Assembly (NCBI GenBank): GCA_944383695.1
Contig: CALWQP010000017.1
Location: 1 to 60,824, forward strand
Reading direction: 5' to 3'
Length of the DNA stretch: 60,824 nt
DNA from: an uncultured Mediterraneibacter sp.
GTDB taxonomy: Bacteria; Bacillota; Clostridia; Lachnospirales; Lachnospiraceae
The notes under the pieces were generated by a model, which saw nothing but the letters and a program-made list of their open reading frames with translations, searched no databases and had not been told where the DNA came from. Each line of letters starts with the position of its first letter. Within the stretch, counting starts at the first letter, position 1. This document shows positions 44,198 through 54,430 of the stretch, piece after piece. The position numbers and the translations under genes are program-made.

Positions 44198-45601
44198 TCA
44201 GAACCGGAAGTACCTGACTGCATTGTCGTAGCAGATATCCTTTATCAGTTTTCCAAGCACCCTCCGGTCGTGGGGATATTCTCCATTGTCCACGATGGTT
44301 CCGATATAATTGCACAATATCCTGCGGAAGTATTCATGCCTGGGGAAGGACAAAAAGCTTCTTGAATCAGTGAGCATCCCGATAAAGGAGGAAATCAGCC
44401 CCACGTCAGAGAGCGCCTTCATCTGATTCTCCATCCCGTTTTTGTGGTCGCAGAACCACCATGCACTCCCAAGCTGCACCTTCCCCCGGATTCCCTGGGA
44501 GTTGGACTGGAAATCCCCTGCCATGGCAGCGAGCATCTCCGCATCCTTCGGATTCAGATAGTACAGCACTGTCTTTGGCAGCTTATCCTCCCGGTCCATA
44601 GCGTCGAGAAGGGCTGACAGCTGAGCCGCATAGTTGAAATCATTCAGGCTGTCCAATCCGCTGTCCGGGCCAAGCTTTCGGAACATCCTCGTGGAATTAT
44701 TGCGGAGCGCCCCGATATGGAGCTGCATGACCAGGTTTTTCTGTGCGTATTCTTTCCCCAGTTCTGTCAGGAGAAAGCCTCTGTACTTTGTACATTCTTC
44801 CTCCGTGAGTTGTTTTTCCTCAAGCTTCTTCCGATAGATCTGATCCGCTTCCTCATAAGAGGAGGGCAGGTAAAAGGAGCTTTCCAGACTGTGGTCGCTA
44901 ACCCGGCATCCGGCTTCTGTGAAATACTCCAGCCGCTGCTTCAGCCCATTAATGAGCTCCTCCAGAGATTCCGGCATCTTCCCGGTCACTTTGCCCAGCT
45001 TCTCAATGTAAGCCGCAAAATCCGGCTTCTCGATGCCCAGCGCCTTCTCCGGGCGGAAGGTAGGCAGCACCTGGATTTCAAAGGCATCCTCCTTAAGCTT
45101 TTTATGCCAGCACAGGTCATCCGCAGGGTCGTCTGTGGTGCACAGCACCCGGACGTTCTGCATCCGAAGGAGGCTGCGCGCGGAATATCCGGGAGATGCC
45201 AGCTTTTCATTGCACCGCTCCCATATTTCCCGGGCAGAATCCGGAGTGAGCACTGTGTTAATACCAAAGTAGCGTTTCAGCTCCAGATGGGTCCAGTGGT
45301 AGAGCGGGTTGCCGATGGCATTCTGGACAGTATCCGCCCATGCAATGAATTTTTCGTACGAATCGCCGTCTCCTGTGATGAGATACTCGGGAATCCCATT
45401 TGCGCGCATTGCCCGCCATTTATAATGGTCCGCCCCAAGCCATATGTCCGTGATCGTGCCAAAGGAGGCGTCCTCGCAGATTTCCTGTGGATTCAGGTGA
45501 TTGTGAAAATCCGCTATGGGCATCTCTTTCGCAAAATCGTGGTACAGTTCCTTTGAGGTCTTCGTGCTCAGCAGAAAATCATCATTCATAAATTCTGTCA
45601 T
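44198..45601 (-). CDS. uxaC: Glucuronate isomerase.
   Basis: Full-length similarity to E. coli UxaC (MTEFMNDDFLL..YHD.AK..PI.D.H.HL, ...GNPLYHWTHLEL..., ...SFLSY.RHEYFRRILC...). Confidence 0.95.
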   Translation of the reverse strand: MTEFMNDDFLLSTKTSKELYHDFAKEMPIADFHNHLNPQEICEDASFGTITDIWLGADHYKWRAMRANGIPEYLITGDGDSYEKFIAWADTVQNAIGNPLYHWTHLELKRYFGINTVLTPDSAREIWERCNEKLASPGYSARSLLRMQNVRVLCTTDDPADDLCWHKKLKEDAFEIQVLPTFRPEKALGIEKPDFAAYIEKLGKVTGKMPESLEELINGLKQRLEYFTEAGCRVSDHSLESSFYLPSSYEEADQIYRKKLEEKQLTEEECTKYRGFLLTELGKEYAQKNLVMQLHIGALRNNSTRMFRKLGPDSGLDSLNDFNYAAQLSALLDAMDREDKLPKTVLYYLNPKDAEMLAAMAGDFQSNSQGIRGKVQLGSAWWFCDHKNGMENQMKALSDVGLISSFIGMLTDSRSFLSFPRHEYFRRILCNYIGTIVDNGEYPHDRRVLGKLIKDICYDNAVRYFRF

Positions 45602-45613
45602 ATCCCGCTCCTC

Positions 45614-47227
45614 CTATACATATTTCTCCAGTGTTGCCCTCACTGCTCCAGGTCCGGCGATCATTTCTTTAAAATATCCGCAAACCTTCTCTGCCATTCC
45701 CACCTGATAGAGATTTACTCCGAAAATAGATTCATTTTCAAGAATGGGCTTTAATATCTCCTCTGCGTTCACATCCTGTCCAAGCCGGATATGCTCCACC
45801 CGCGGGCATACGGTTCCAAGCAGGGGGTCCGGGCTGAGTTCAAAGGGCTTTCCGGCATCATCCACTCCCATCAGGTAGCGAAGCCATCCTGCGAACACAA
45901 GGGGGATGAGCTTCAGGCTGTCCACGGACAGTTTGTCAGAAGCGGCATATGCTTTGACCGTCTCCCCAAAACGGATAGCCAGCTTTTGAGAAGTATCTGT
46001 GGCTATGCGCTGGGGCGTATCCGGCATGAATGGGTTGGGGATGCGGACATTCACCACTGTGTCCAGGAACTTCTCCGGGTCAAGGATTCCCGGGTCGACC
46101 ACCACAGGAAGCCCTTCTTTATAGCCGATGCCCTCCACCAGCTTCTTTAGCGTCTCGTCTTTCATCTCCTCGGAAATGAGCTCATACCCAAGCACACACC
46201 CGAACACTGCCAGCGCCGTGTGAAGGGGGTTAAGACAGGTGCAGACTTTCATCTTCTCCACCTTGTCGACTGTCTCCCGCTCTGTAAACATGAGACCGCC
46301 TTTCTCCAGCCTGCTCCTCCCATTTGGAAATGCGTCCTCGATTACCAGATACTCACATTCTTCCGCGTTGACAAAAGGCGCAATATATGTGTTCTTCCCG
46401 GTGACTACCGGTTCCGGCGCTTCCACGCCGTCTTGTCTTAGCATCTCCTCCACAGATGGGTCCGGACGGGGCGTGATCTTATCGATCATCGTCCATGGGA
46501 ACGAGACTTTCTCTCTGTCCTTTACATAGGCTGCAAACCCGGCTTGTGCCAGCCCGCTCTGCTCCCATTTCTCCGCAAATGCGCGGACTGCCTCGTACAG
46601 CTTTGTGCCGTTGTGGGAACAGTTGTCCATGCTCACCATAGCAATGGGTTTTTTGCCTGCAAGGTAACGTGTATAGAGAAGGGATGCGACTTTTCCGATA
46701 TAGCTCTCCGGCTTTTGAGGACCGGACTGCATATCCTTTGAGACAGCCGGAAGGAGCGCCCCGCTCCCATCAGTTAAGCTGTAGCCTTTTTCCGTGATAG
46801 TAAAGCTTGCCATCTGGAGGGAATCCGCTGAGAAAATCTCGTTCAGGCGCCCGAAGTCCTTCTGGTCGCCGGAATCCAATGTAAGCGACTCCACAACACT
46901 TCCCACCACCGTCTTTTCCACCGTGCCGTCTGCTTTTAAAGTGACAAGGATGCTGTATCCGTCATGGGGATGGTTCATTTTTTCGATGATTTCATAGTCA
47001 TAGCCTTCCGCAACGATCAGTCCTGTATCAAGTACCCCTTCATTTAACAGGTTCTGCACTACATTTGCCTGAAATGCCCGAAAGATATTGCCCGCGCCGA
47101 AATGAATCCATTCCGGCGCATTCTTTGTCCTCTCTGCCACCAGATCCCGGTCATAACGTGGGAGAGAATAGCCCTTGCTCTCCCACTCCTGTCTGTTTTT
47201 CAGTCCCTCTTCGTTTAAACGCATCAC
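45614..47227 (-). CDS. uxuB: Long-chain mannitol-dehydrogenase-family oxidoreductase; probably fructuronate reductase (D-mannonate oxidoreductase).
   Basis: WIHFGAGNIFRAF Rossmann N-terminus and the mannitol_dh N-terminal and C-terminal domains. Lies between uxaC and uxuA. Confidence 0.7.
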   Translation of the reverse strand: MMRLNEEGLKNRQEWESKGYSLPRYDRDLVAERTKNAPEWIHFGAGNIFRAFQANVVQNLLNEGVLDTGLIVAEGYDYEIIEKMNHPHDGYSILVTLKADGTVEKTVVGSVVESLTLDSGDQKDFGRLNEIFSADSLQMASFTITEKGYSLTDGSGALLPAVSKDMQSGPQKPESYIGKVASLLYTRYLAGKKPIAMVSMDNCSHNGTKLYEAVRAFAEKWEQSGLAQAGFAAYVKDREKVSFPWTMIDKITPRPDPSVEEMLRQDGVEAPEPVVTGKNTYIAPFVNAEECEYLVIEDAFPNGRSRLEKGGLMFTERETVDKVEKMKVCTCLNPLHTALAVFGCVLGYELISEEMKDETLKKLVEGIGYKEGLPVVVDPGILDPEKFLDTVVNVRIPNPFMPDTPQRIATDTSQKLAIRFGETVKAYAASDKLSVDSLKLIPLVFAGWLRYLMGVDDAGKPFELSPDPLLGTVCPRVEHIRLGQDVNAEEILKPILENESIFGVNLYQVGMAEKVCGYFKEMIAGPGAVRATLEKYV

Positions 47228-48294
47228 GATCTGGCTCCTTTCTCAATGGCTTCCCACAGCCCGTTTATATATGTGGCGCCCAGCGCCCGGTCATAGAGGC
47301 CGTATCCGGGCATTGCCACCTCGCCCCATATCATTCGCCCATGGTCTGGTCTGATAGGGCCGTTAAATCCAATCTCATACAGCGCTTTGACGATCTCGTA
47401 CATATCAAAGTTCCCATCCGAGGAAAGGTGCGCCGCCTCCTCAAAATTCGTGGGTGAATGGAATTTCAGGTTGCGGACATGGGCAAAATGGATTCTCCCT
47501 TTCAGCGAGCGTATCATGTCCGGCAGGTCATTTTCCAGATTGGTGCCGTATGAACCGGAGCAGAAGGTAACGCCGTTATGGGGGTTGTCCACCATCTTCA
47601 TCAGGCGCAGGATATTCGTTTTATTAATGATGATCCTGGGCAGCCCGAACACGCTCCATGCAGGGTCATCCGGGTGGATCGCCATATTGATGTCATACTG
47701 GTCGCAGACCGGCATGATGCGCTCAAGAAAATATTTCAGGTTGGCAAACAGCTTCTCGCCATCAATGTCTCGGTACATTGCAAAAAGCTCTTTCACACGC
47801 TCCATCCTCTCCGGCTCCCACCCGGGCATCACTGTCCCGTTCATGTCTCCGGCAATAGAGTCAAACATCTTTTCCGGATCAAGGGCGTCTACAGCTTCCT
47901 GGGTGTAGGCAAGGACTGTGGAGCCATCCGGACGCACCCGCGCCAGCTCTGTCCTCGTCCAGTCAAAGACCGGCATGAAATTGTAACACACAAGATGAAT
48001 GTCCTCCTCGCCGAGATTTTCCAGTGTCTGAATGTAGTTGTCGATATACTGATCCCTTTCCGGTGCCCCTGTCTTGATGGCGTCATGAACGTTCACGCTC
48101 TCGATCCCGGCTACATGGAGCCCGGCTTCTTCTACCTCTGCTTTCATGGCCCGAATCCGCTCTCTGCTCCACACCTCGCCTGGGGCAGTGTCATACAGCG
48201 TTGTGATCACGCCTGTCACGCCCGGTATCTGGCGTATCTGCTGGAGCGTCACTGTGTCAAATTTGCTTCCGTACCATCTTAAAGTCATTTCCAT
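47224..48294 (-). CDS. uxuA: Mannonate dehydratase.
   Basis: MEMTLRWYG...; full-length UxuA similarity (xylose isomerase-like TIM barrel). Confidence 0.9.
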   Translation of the reverse strand: MEMTLRWYGSKFDTVTLQQIRQIPGVTGVITTLYDTAPGEVWSRERIRAMKAEVEEAGLHVAGIESVNVHDAIKTGAPERDQYIDNYIQTLENLGEEDIHLVCYNFMPVFDWTRTELARVRPDGSTVLAYTQEAVDALDPEKMFDSIAGDMNGTVMPGWEPERMERVKELFAMYRDIDGEKLFANLKYFLERIMPVCDQYDINMAIHPDDPAWSVFGLPRIIINKTNILRLMKMVDNPHNGVTFCSGSYGTNLENDLPDMIRSLKGRIHFAHVRNLKFHSPTNFEEAAHLSSDGNFDMYEIVKALYEIGFNGPIRPDHGRMIWGEVAMPGYGLYDRALGATYINGLWEAIEKGARS

Positions 48295-48312
48295 ATGTCT
48301 GTATCTTCTCCT

Positions 48313-50127
48313 TCACTTCTTATATTCGAAATCCGGTATACTATGCCACCTGTCCCTGAAATAGTGGGCGGCAAGCTTTGGCTTTCTGTCCCTTGTAAAA
48401 ATCCCCTTTTTGTTGCCCTGGATCCTGAGAAGGCTCTGGCTTGTGGCAAAGTCCGCAAAGTTCCAGACCTGCTCTCCGATCACGAAATCATAGTCATCGA
48501 ACACTTTGTTGTTCATTTTGTAATAATCCAGCTGATATTCTTCCGTGTACATGACTGGCGTGGTGTCATGCATCCCCATGACAGTGTCCGCGCCGTATTC
48601 TGTGAAGATCACAGGTTTTCCGATCTCTCTCCACTGATCCAGCTCCGCGCGCAGCGCCTTCTCCGGACCTTCCAGGTCGGGTCCCCCGAAGTACCAGCCA
48701 TAGTAACGGTTCAGGCAGATCACGTCACTGAGCTTTGAGGAACAGTCTGTCTGGGGCGTGGTCGCCATCTGCACGCTCACCAGTGTACAGGGGCGCTTCT
48801 GGGGATCCAACTCCCTCGCCAGTTCATAAAGGGGGGCAAAATATTCATACGCGCCCTCTCCGGCAGAATCCGGCTCATTGGCAATGCTCCACATAACGAC
48901 GCAGGCATGGTTCTTATCCCTGGCGATCAGTTCTCTTATGACGTCCTTGTGGTGCTCCTGGGTCTGCACTCCGTGCTCTTTATCATATGTGCCGATCTTC
49001 TGGCCGTTAAAGTTCGCCCCTCCGCCGAATTTAAGGTTGATGCCTACCGCTGTCGTCTCATCGATGACTACAAAGCCTTCTTCGTCGCAGAGCCGCATCA
49101 TCTCCTCGCTGTATGGGTAATGGCTTGTGCGGAAGCTGTTTGCCCCCTGCCACTTCATCAGCGACATATCCTTTGTATTCATGGGAAGATTCATGCCCCT
49201 TCCATTTGGGAATGTGTCCTCATGCCTGCCGTAGCCTTTGAAATAGAACGGTTTTTCATTGATCAGGAATTTCATTCCCTCTACCCGGACTGTCCTGACA
49301 CCGTAGGGCAGAGTGTACACGTCACTTCCAAACGTGACCTTTACATCATAGAGATATGCGTTGAGCGGCTGCCACAGGCGTACATCCCTGATTTCCAGCA
49401 CGCCTTGTTCTCCCTCTGCCTGCGCCGCAAGATTCCCATCTCTGTCAAACACCTCCACTTTGCACGCGCCCTGTCCCACAGTCTCCACCTGATAAGTCAG
49501 ACGCGCGGTCGTGCCGTTCACTTCCGGCACAAGGGAAATGTCCGCGATATAGTCCTTTGGCGTTGTATAGATCTTTACCGGTCTTGTGACTCCGCAGTAG
49601 TTAAAAAAGTCAAAATTCGGATTGTTTTTCGGTTTTCCTGTGTCTGCCCCTGCGCCAAAGCCGGTCATTCCTCCCAGCATATCTGATTTCCCGCCGACCG
49701 GAAGCGTAGTGTAGTCGATCACATTGTTGACCGCTATGGTGAGCAGATTGTCCTTTCCGTCCTCCAGTTTGTCAGTGATCTCCACTTCAAAAGGAAGGAA
49801 GCCTCCTTTATGCTGGCAGATCAGGCTGCCATTCAGATAGATTTTTGCCTCGTGAGTGACCGCCGCACATCGGAGTACAATTCGTTGGTCTTTTACGAAT
49901 GCGGGCATGGAGATGCTTCTCTGGTAGAATACCCATCCGTAATGATCGCGGAAGTCCACTCCTTCCTTCAGGTCGTTGTAGGAAGCCGGGACCGGCATGG
50001 TCATGGGCGCCTCCAGGGGCGCCTTGTACCATTCTTCTTTAAACCCGTTTCCGTCATCCAGTTTAAAATCCCACACTCCGCTTAAATCTGTTAAAAGTCT
50101 TGAAGGTGTCAAAATCGGATACAACAT
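48313..50127 (-). CDS. uidA: Beta-glucuronidase (GH2).
   Basis: GH2 sugar-binding, immunoglobulin-like and TIM-barrel domains. ...NSFRTSHYPYSEE... and ...WSIANEP... are catalytic motifs typical of GUS. Confidence 0.9.
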   Translation of the reverse strand: MLYPILTPSRLLTDLSGVWDFKLDDGNGFKEEWYKAPLEAPMTMPVPASYNDLKEGVDFRDHYGWVFYQRSISMPAFVKDQRIVLRCAAVTHEAKIYLNGSLICQHKGGFLPFEVEITDKLEDGKDNLLTIAVNNVIDYTTLPVGGKSDMLGGMTGFGAGADTGKPKNNPNFDFFNYCGVTRPVKIYTTPKDYIADISLVPEVNGTTARLTYQVETVGQGACKVEVFDRDGNLAAQAEGEQGVLEIRDVRLWQPLNAYLYDVKVTFGSDVYTLPYGVRTVRVEGMKFLINEKPFYFKGYGRHEDTFPNGRGMNLPMNTKDMSLMKWQGANSFRTSHYPYSEEMMRLCDEEGFVVIDETTAVGINLKFGGGANFNGQKIGTYDKEHGVQTQEHHKDVIRELIARDKNHACVVMWSIANEPDSAGEGAYEYFAPLYELARELDPQKRPCTLVSVQMATTPQTDCSSKLSDVICLNRYYGWYFGGPDLEGPEKALRAELDQWREIGKPVIFTEYGADTVMGMHDTTPVMYTEEYQLDYYKMNNKVFDDYDFVIGEQVWNFADFATSQSLLRIQGNKKGIFTRDRKPKLAAHYFRDRWHSIPDFEYKK

Positions 50128-50187
50128 AATGCATTTTCCTCTCTTTTCATAATTATAGTTTTAGCCAATCACTCTCTTAAAATAATT

Positions 50188-51579
50188 TTACGCGTTTTCT
50201 CTTCTCTTCTGGAGCTCGGCTACATTTGCCCTTACCTTGTTCCTTCCAAGAGGATAGAGCACTGCCAGCGCCAGCGCCACTGCTGCAAGCCCCACTGCCG
50301 GGACAATGCAGGATATGCGGAAAATGTTAAGGGTAACATCCGGATCAAAGGCAGTTGCCTGTGTGTAGCCTACCATGCTTACCAGACCTCCCACAAGACC
50401 GGATGAGAGCGCCTGCCCGATCTTGCGGGCAAAAGAGTATACGGAATAGATCGTACCGTCCTCGCGCACTCCGTTTTTTACTTCCGCGTCATCAATAACA
50501 TCTGTGATCATTGCCCATATCACTGTGTTGAAAAATCCCAGGCAGATGTAAGCCAGCGCATAGAAAGCCACATAGACATATGGATTTTCCGGCTGCAGGA
50601 TGAAGCAGATCACATAGACTACTGCCCCCGCAAAGCAGGCAACGGCAGACACTTCCTTCTTTCCGAATTTTGCGGAAAGCTTTGACGCAAGCGGCGCACA
50701 GATCAAAAGAACGCCGATGCTGCCTGCCATGGACGAAACTGACTGCGCCGCAGCCGAACCGTAAAAGTTAGGGAACACATATGCAGCGATTCCCTGCATC
50801 CCGAGCATGGCAAGAAGCAGGAGGATTGCCGCAACGATAATTCCGATCAGGGACCGGTTCGTCACAAGGCTTTTTACAAGGTGCCCTACCTGAAGCTTAT
50901 TTGTATTGGCCGGCACCGGAACCCTCTCCTTTACTAACTTAAAGCAGAGTACATAGCAGATGATGGCGCAGACGCTGAACACTCCGGCGATCGTTGTCAT
51001 GCGGCTTCCGGACATTACTGTGTTGCCGTCTACCACTACATATGCCACCATGGGGGTTCCCACTCCGATAGCAAGCCCTGCCAGCGTTGCGCCGATAGAA
51101 CGCCACGTCGACAGCTGTGTCCTGTGGTCCGGGTCTGCTGACACTGCTGACGCCATTGAACCATACGGAATGTTGATCGCCGTATAGAAAATGGAGCCCC
51201 ACAGAAGATATGTAACGACCATCCATACCACCTTAAATCCGTATGCCATGTCAGCAAAGCCGGACTGGTAGATCAGAAATGACGCGATCGCCACCGGACC
51301 GCACATCCGCTTGATCCATGGTTTGAATTTTCCGTCCTTCGTAGGTTTCGACCGGTCCACGATCTGCCCCATCGTCACATCCGTGACCGCGTCCACAAAC
51401 CTGGATATCATCATCAGGATACCTACTACGACTCCGTCAATACCCATCACATCCGTATAAAACTTCAGCATAAAGCTGGATGACAGGATGAAAGTAAAAT
51501 CATTTCCGAAATCACCGAACATATACCCGAGCTTATCTGCCCATCCAAAAGGTTTAACTTTTGTATTCTCTTGTCCCAT
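50188..51579 (-). CDS. Glycoside-pentoside-hexuronide (GPH):cation symporter (MFS); a glucuronide transporter candidate.
   Basis: KLGYMFGDFGNDFTFILSSSFMLKFYTDVMGI matches the MelB/UidB N-terminal signature; 12 TM. Confidence 0.8.
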   Translation of the reverse strand: MGQENTKVKPFGWADKLGYMFGDFGNDFTFILSSSFMLKFYTDVMGIDGVVVGILMMISRFVDAVTDVTMGQIVDRSKPTKDGKFKPWIKRMCGPVAIASFLIYQSGFADMAYGFKVVWMVVTYLLWGSIFYTAINIPYGSMASAVSADPDHRTQLSTWRSIGATLAGLAIGVGTPMVAYVVVDGNTVMSGSRMTTIAGVFSVCAIICYVLCFKLVKERVPVPANTNKLQVGHLVKSLVTNRSLIGIIVAAILLLLAMLGMQGIAAYVFPNFYGSAAAQSVSSMAGSIGVLLICAPLASKLSAKFGKKEVSAVACFAGAVVYVICFILQPENPYVYVAFYALAYICLGFFNTVIWAMITDVIDDAEVKNGVREDGTIYSVYSFARKIGQALSSGLVGGLVSMVGYTQATAFDPDVTLNIFRISCIVPAVGLAAVALALAVLYPLGRNKVRANVAELQKRRENA

Positions 51580-51617
51580 TTACAATACCTCCTTTTTCCT
51601 CATCCGTAAACCGTATT

Positions 51618-53327
51618 TTAAAACCTTGTCTCCCATCTCCCACAGAAGACGTTTTCATTGTATCTGCCCTTGAATTCACTCTTGCCCATCATTTTACGGA
51701 GGACTGCTTCAAATGCCTCATGATGATCCATGTACGCATTGATATAGCACCTTGCCATGGGAACGTCGATCAGGTTGTTTGTGTAGCTGAGCGAAACGAC
51801 AAAGGTGGGAAGTTCTGACATATACCAGGGCTGCTTTGTGGGCTCGTCCCATTTCACCCGCATGGTATTAAACTGGGCAAAGCCCTGAACGTTCAGCACC
51901 AGCAGCACACAGTCATATTTCTTTTTAAATTCTTCCATTTTCCCTTTTTTGTTCTCGGTCTCTGCGTCCACTTCAAAGCCTGCAGCCTCAAGCTGGGAAA
52001 CAATGTCCCTGATGATGTTTTCGTCATTGGACTTGAACTTTGTTCCCGCGATCACAACTGCCTCGGAACCGATGTAGACCAGTTTGATCTTCTTATACTT
52101 CTCCGGCGTCATAGGCAGATAATTAAGGCGGTCTTTTACAAGGGTCACATACTGGTCTGCCATCTCGGCGGCTGCTTTGTGATGATCCTCGCATCCCACA
52201 ACGCTGAGATTCTCTTTTGGCTGCATCAGCCTCTGCTCTTTTTGGAGCGTGTGAAGATTCAGCGCTGCTTTTACACCCAGTATCCTGTGCAGCGCGTCAT
52301 TTAAACGTTCTTCCGTGATGATCCCGTTTTTATACCCATCCATCATGTAGCCGAAGTCCTCTTCTCTGTCATTAAAGAAAAGATACATATCACAGCCTGC
52401 CGCGATCGCCCGGGGAACCTGTTCGCATCTTGGGATGGTAGCGCCGAACATCCCGATCATATGGGATGCATCTGTTACGACCAATCCGTTAAACCCAAGC
52501 TGTCCTTTTAAAAGATCTGTGATCAGTTCCGGTGCCAGCGTTGCCGGGAGGATATCCTCATCTTTGATCCCGGGTCTTAATTTCCTTGAATACTCGGGAA
52601 GCGCGATATGCCCAGCCATGATCGTCATGGCTCCATCATCGATCAGTGCTTTATACACTTTACCGAAGGTAGCGTCCCATTTCTCACAGTCGTATTCGTT
52701 GATTCCCATGATCAGGTGCTGGTCGTTCTCCTCTGTGCCGTCTCCGGGGAAATGTTTCATGCAGGTGGCAATATTCTGTGTCCGCATCCCTTTAAAGAAT
52801 GCTTTTGAATAACGGATGACATCATCCGGCTCATCATTGAACGCCCGGAGCTGTACGATCGTGTTCCTCCAGTTGTATGTCAGGTCAACAATGGGTGCAA
52901 AGTTCCAGTTGCAGCCTACCGCCGCAGCTTCTCTCGCAGATATTTCCGCCATCTTACGGACCATTTCCTCTGAATCCATGGCAGCCATGGCAGCTCCGTT
53001 TGCCAGGGCAGTGCCTCCCTGCATCCCGCCGTTTCCTCCTGCCTCGCAGTTGGAGGCGATCAGGAGCGGGACTTTTGATGTTTTCTGCAGACAGTCCGCC
53101 ATGTCCCATAGTTCTTCTTTGGGCGCGTTGTGGTAGCGGATCGCCCCCGGATGGTATGTATCCAGCACTTTTTTGATGTTTTCCGGTTTTCTCTCCTCTT
53201 CGTTGGCTACCATATTTACGAACAGCTGTCCGATCTTTTCCTCGGCCGACATGGAGGCGATAGTGTCCTCCACCCACTGTATCTGCTCGTCATTGAGGTA
53301 GTACGGTTTTTCTTTCAGGTTGACCAT
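51618..53327 (-). CDS. Glycoside hydrolase family 3 protein (NagZ/BglX-like N-terminal domain).
   Basis: ...KIGQLF..., ...KHFPGDG..., ...GFNGLVVTDA... are GH3 motifs. Confidence 0.8.
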   Translation of the reverse strand: MVNLKEKPYYLNDEQIQWVEDTIASMSAEEKIGQLFVNMVANEEERKPENIKKVLDTYHPGAIRYHNAPKEELWDMADCLQKTSKVPLLIASNCEAGGNGGMQGGTALANGAAMAAMDSEEMVRKMAEISAREAAAVGCNWNFAPIVDLTYNWRNTIVQLRAFNDEPDDVIRYSKAFFKGMRTQNIATCMKHFPGDGTEENDQHLIMGINEYDCEKWDATFGKVYKALIDDGAMTIMAGHIALPEYSRKLRPGIKDEDILPATLAPELITDLLKGQLGFNGLVVTDASHMIGMFGATIPRCEQVPRAIAAGCDMYLFFNDREEDFGYMMDGYKNGIITEERLNDALHRILGVKAALNLHTLQKEQRLMQPKENLSVVGCEDHHKAAAEMADQYVTLVKDRLNYLPMTPEKYKKIKLVYIGSEAVVIAGTKFKSNDENIIRDIVSQLEAAGFEVDAETENKKGKMEEFKKKYDCVLLVLNVQGFAQFNTMRVKWDEPTKQPWYMSELPTFVVSLSYTNNLIDVPMARCYINAYMDHHEAFEAVLRKMMGKSEFKGRYNENVFCGRWETRF

Positions 53328-53350
53328 AGTATTTTCTCCTTTTCTTCTTT

Positions 53351-54190
53351 CTATGACAGGTTTTCGATAAACCTTGTCTTTAATTTTTGCTGATATTCCC
53401 CCTCATACGTCCCACTCTTAAGATGTTCCACCCCTTCCAGGATTCCTTCCCAGCTCTCTTTCTCATGTCTGGCAAGAATGGGATAATACAGCACGTCGTT
53501 TCTGTCCGCTGCTTCCATGTCGCCCAGCGCATCCCCGCTCATCAGTACCTTGTCCCTGTCGTACCCGGACTCCAGCAGCGCCTTGATGCAGTTTGTCTTT
53601 GTCCCTGCGTTTTGAGCCAGGACTGCGTCCGTGTACTCCAGCAGCCCAAACCTGCTCCACTCTTCTGCCACTGCCTCTGGATTTGCGGAGGATACCACTG
53701 CAATGTCACAGGTTTCGTGCAGTGTCCTGATGGCTTCTTTTACCCCGGGAAAAGGCCTGATTGCCTCAGGAGGAAGCTCACGGATGCTGCAGTTCACTGC
53801 CTCGGACCAGCGCAGGGCTTTCCTGAGACACTCGCTGTCCCTCTCCTCTGCCGCCCGAAAAATGGCAGCATTGGAAAGCTCGTCCGTCTCCTCCACCCAG
53901 CTCAGCAGGGAATCCAGATCCCGGACCGGCGCGATCTTCTCGTGAATCTCCTTTAATATCACTGCCAGCCCTTTAAACCGGTTGATTCCCCTTGTCAGGG
54001 AATAGAGGTTGATCTCATTCCATCGTTTCAGCAGCTCTGATCTGTATGGCTTAAGATTCCATTCATCGACCATACACGGACCAAAGCATCGGATATGCTT
54101 GATATCCATAGAGTCAATGGCGCATCCGTCAGAGTCAATGCAGACCAGATAATCTTTCTTCCTGGCATACCCTTCAAGAGGACTGCTCAT
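53351..54190 (-). CDS. HAD superfamily hydrolase.
   Basis: DSDGC motif (DxDxT-like) in LVCIDSDGCAIDS, a C-terminal GDALGDM motif; 279 aa. Confidence 0.6.
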   Translation of the reverse strand: MSSPLEGYARKKDYLVCIDSDGCAIDSMDIKHIRCFGPCMVDEWNLKPYRSELLKRWNEINLYSLTRGINRFKGLAVILKEIHEKIAPVRDLDSLLSWVEETDELSNAAIFRAAEERDSECLRKALRWSEAVNCSIRELPPEAIRPFPGVKEAIRTLHETCDIAVVSSANPEAVAEEWSRFGLLEYTDAVLAQNAGTKTNCIKALLESGYDRDKVLMSGDALGDMEAADRNDVLYYPILARHEKESWEGILEGVEHLKSGTYEGEYQQKLKTRFIENLS

Positions 54191-54430
54191 AACATCACAT
54201 CCTTTCTGTCTGGGCTAACGATAAACTGTTTTCTTCTAACTTTCTATAATAATTTGTGTTGAAAATCGCATGATATTATGATATTATTTTTGAACAATAA
54301 AATTTGTGCTATTTTGAAGATATATTGTGCTAACTGGATTTGCCGCGTCACTGCACAGAACGCGGGACGCTGCCGTGTACACCGGCAATGGCTGTTTGTG
54401 TACCGGCTCTTTGCAGAAAGGATAAAAGAA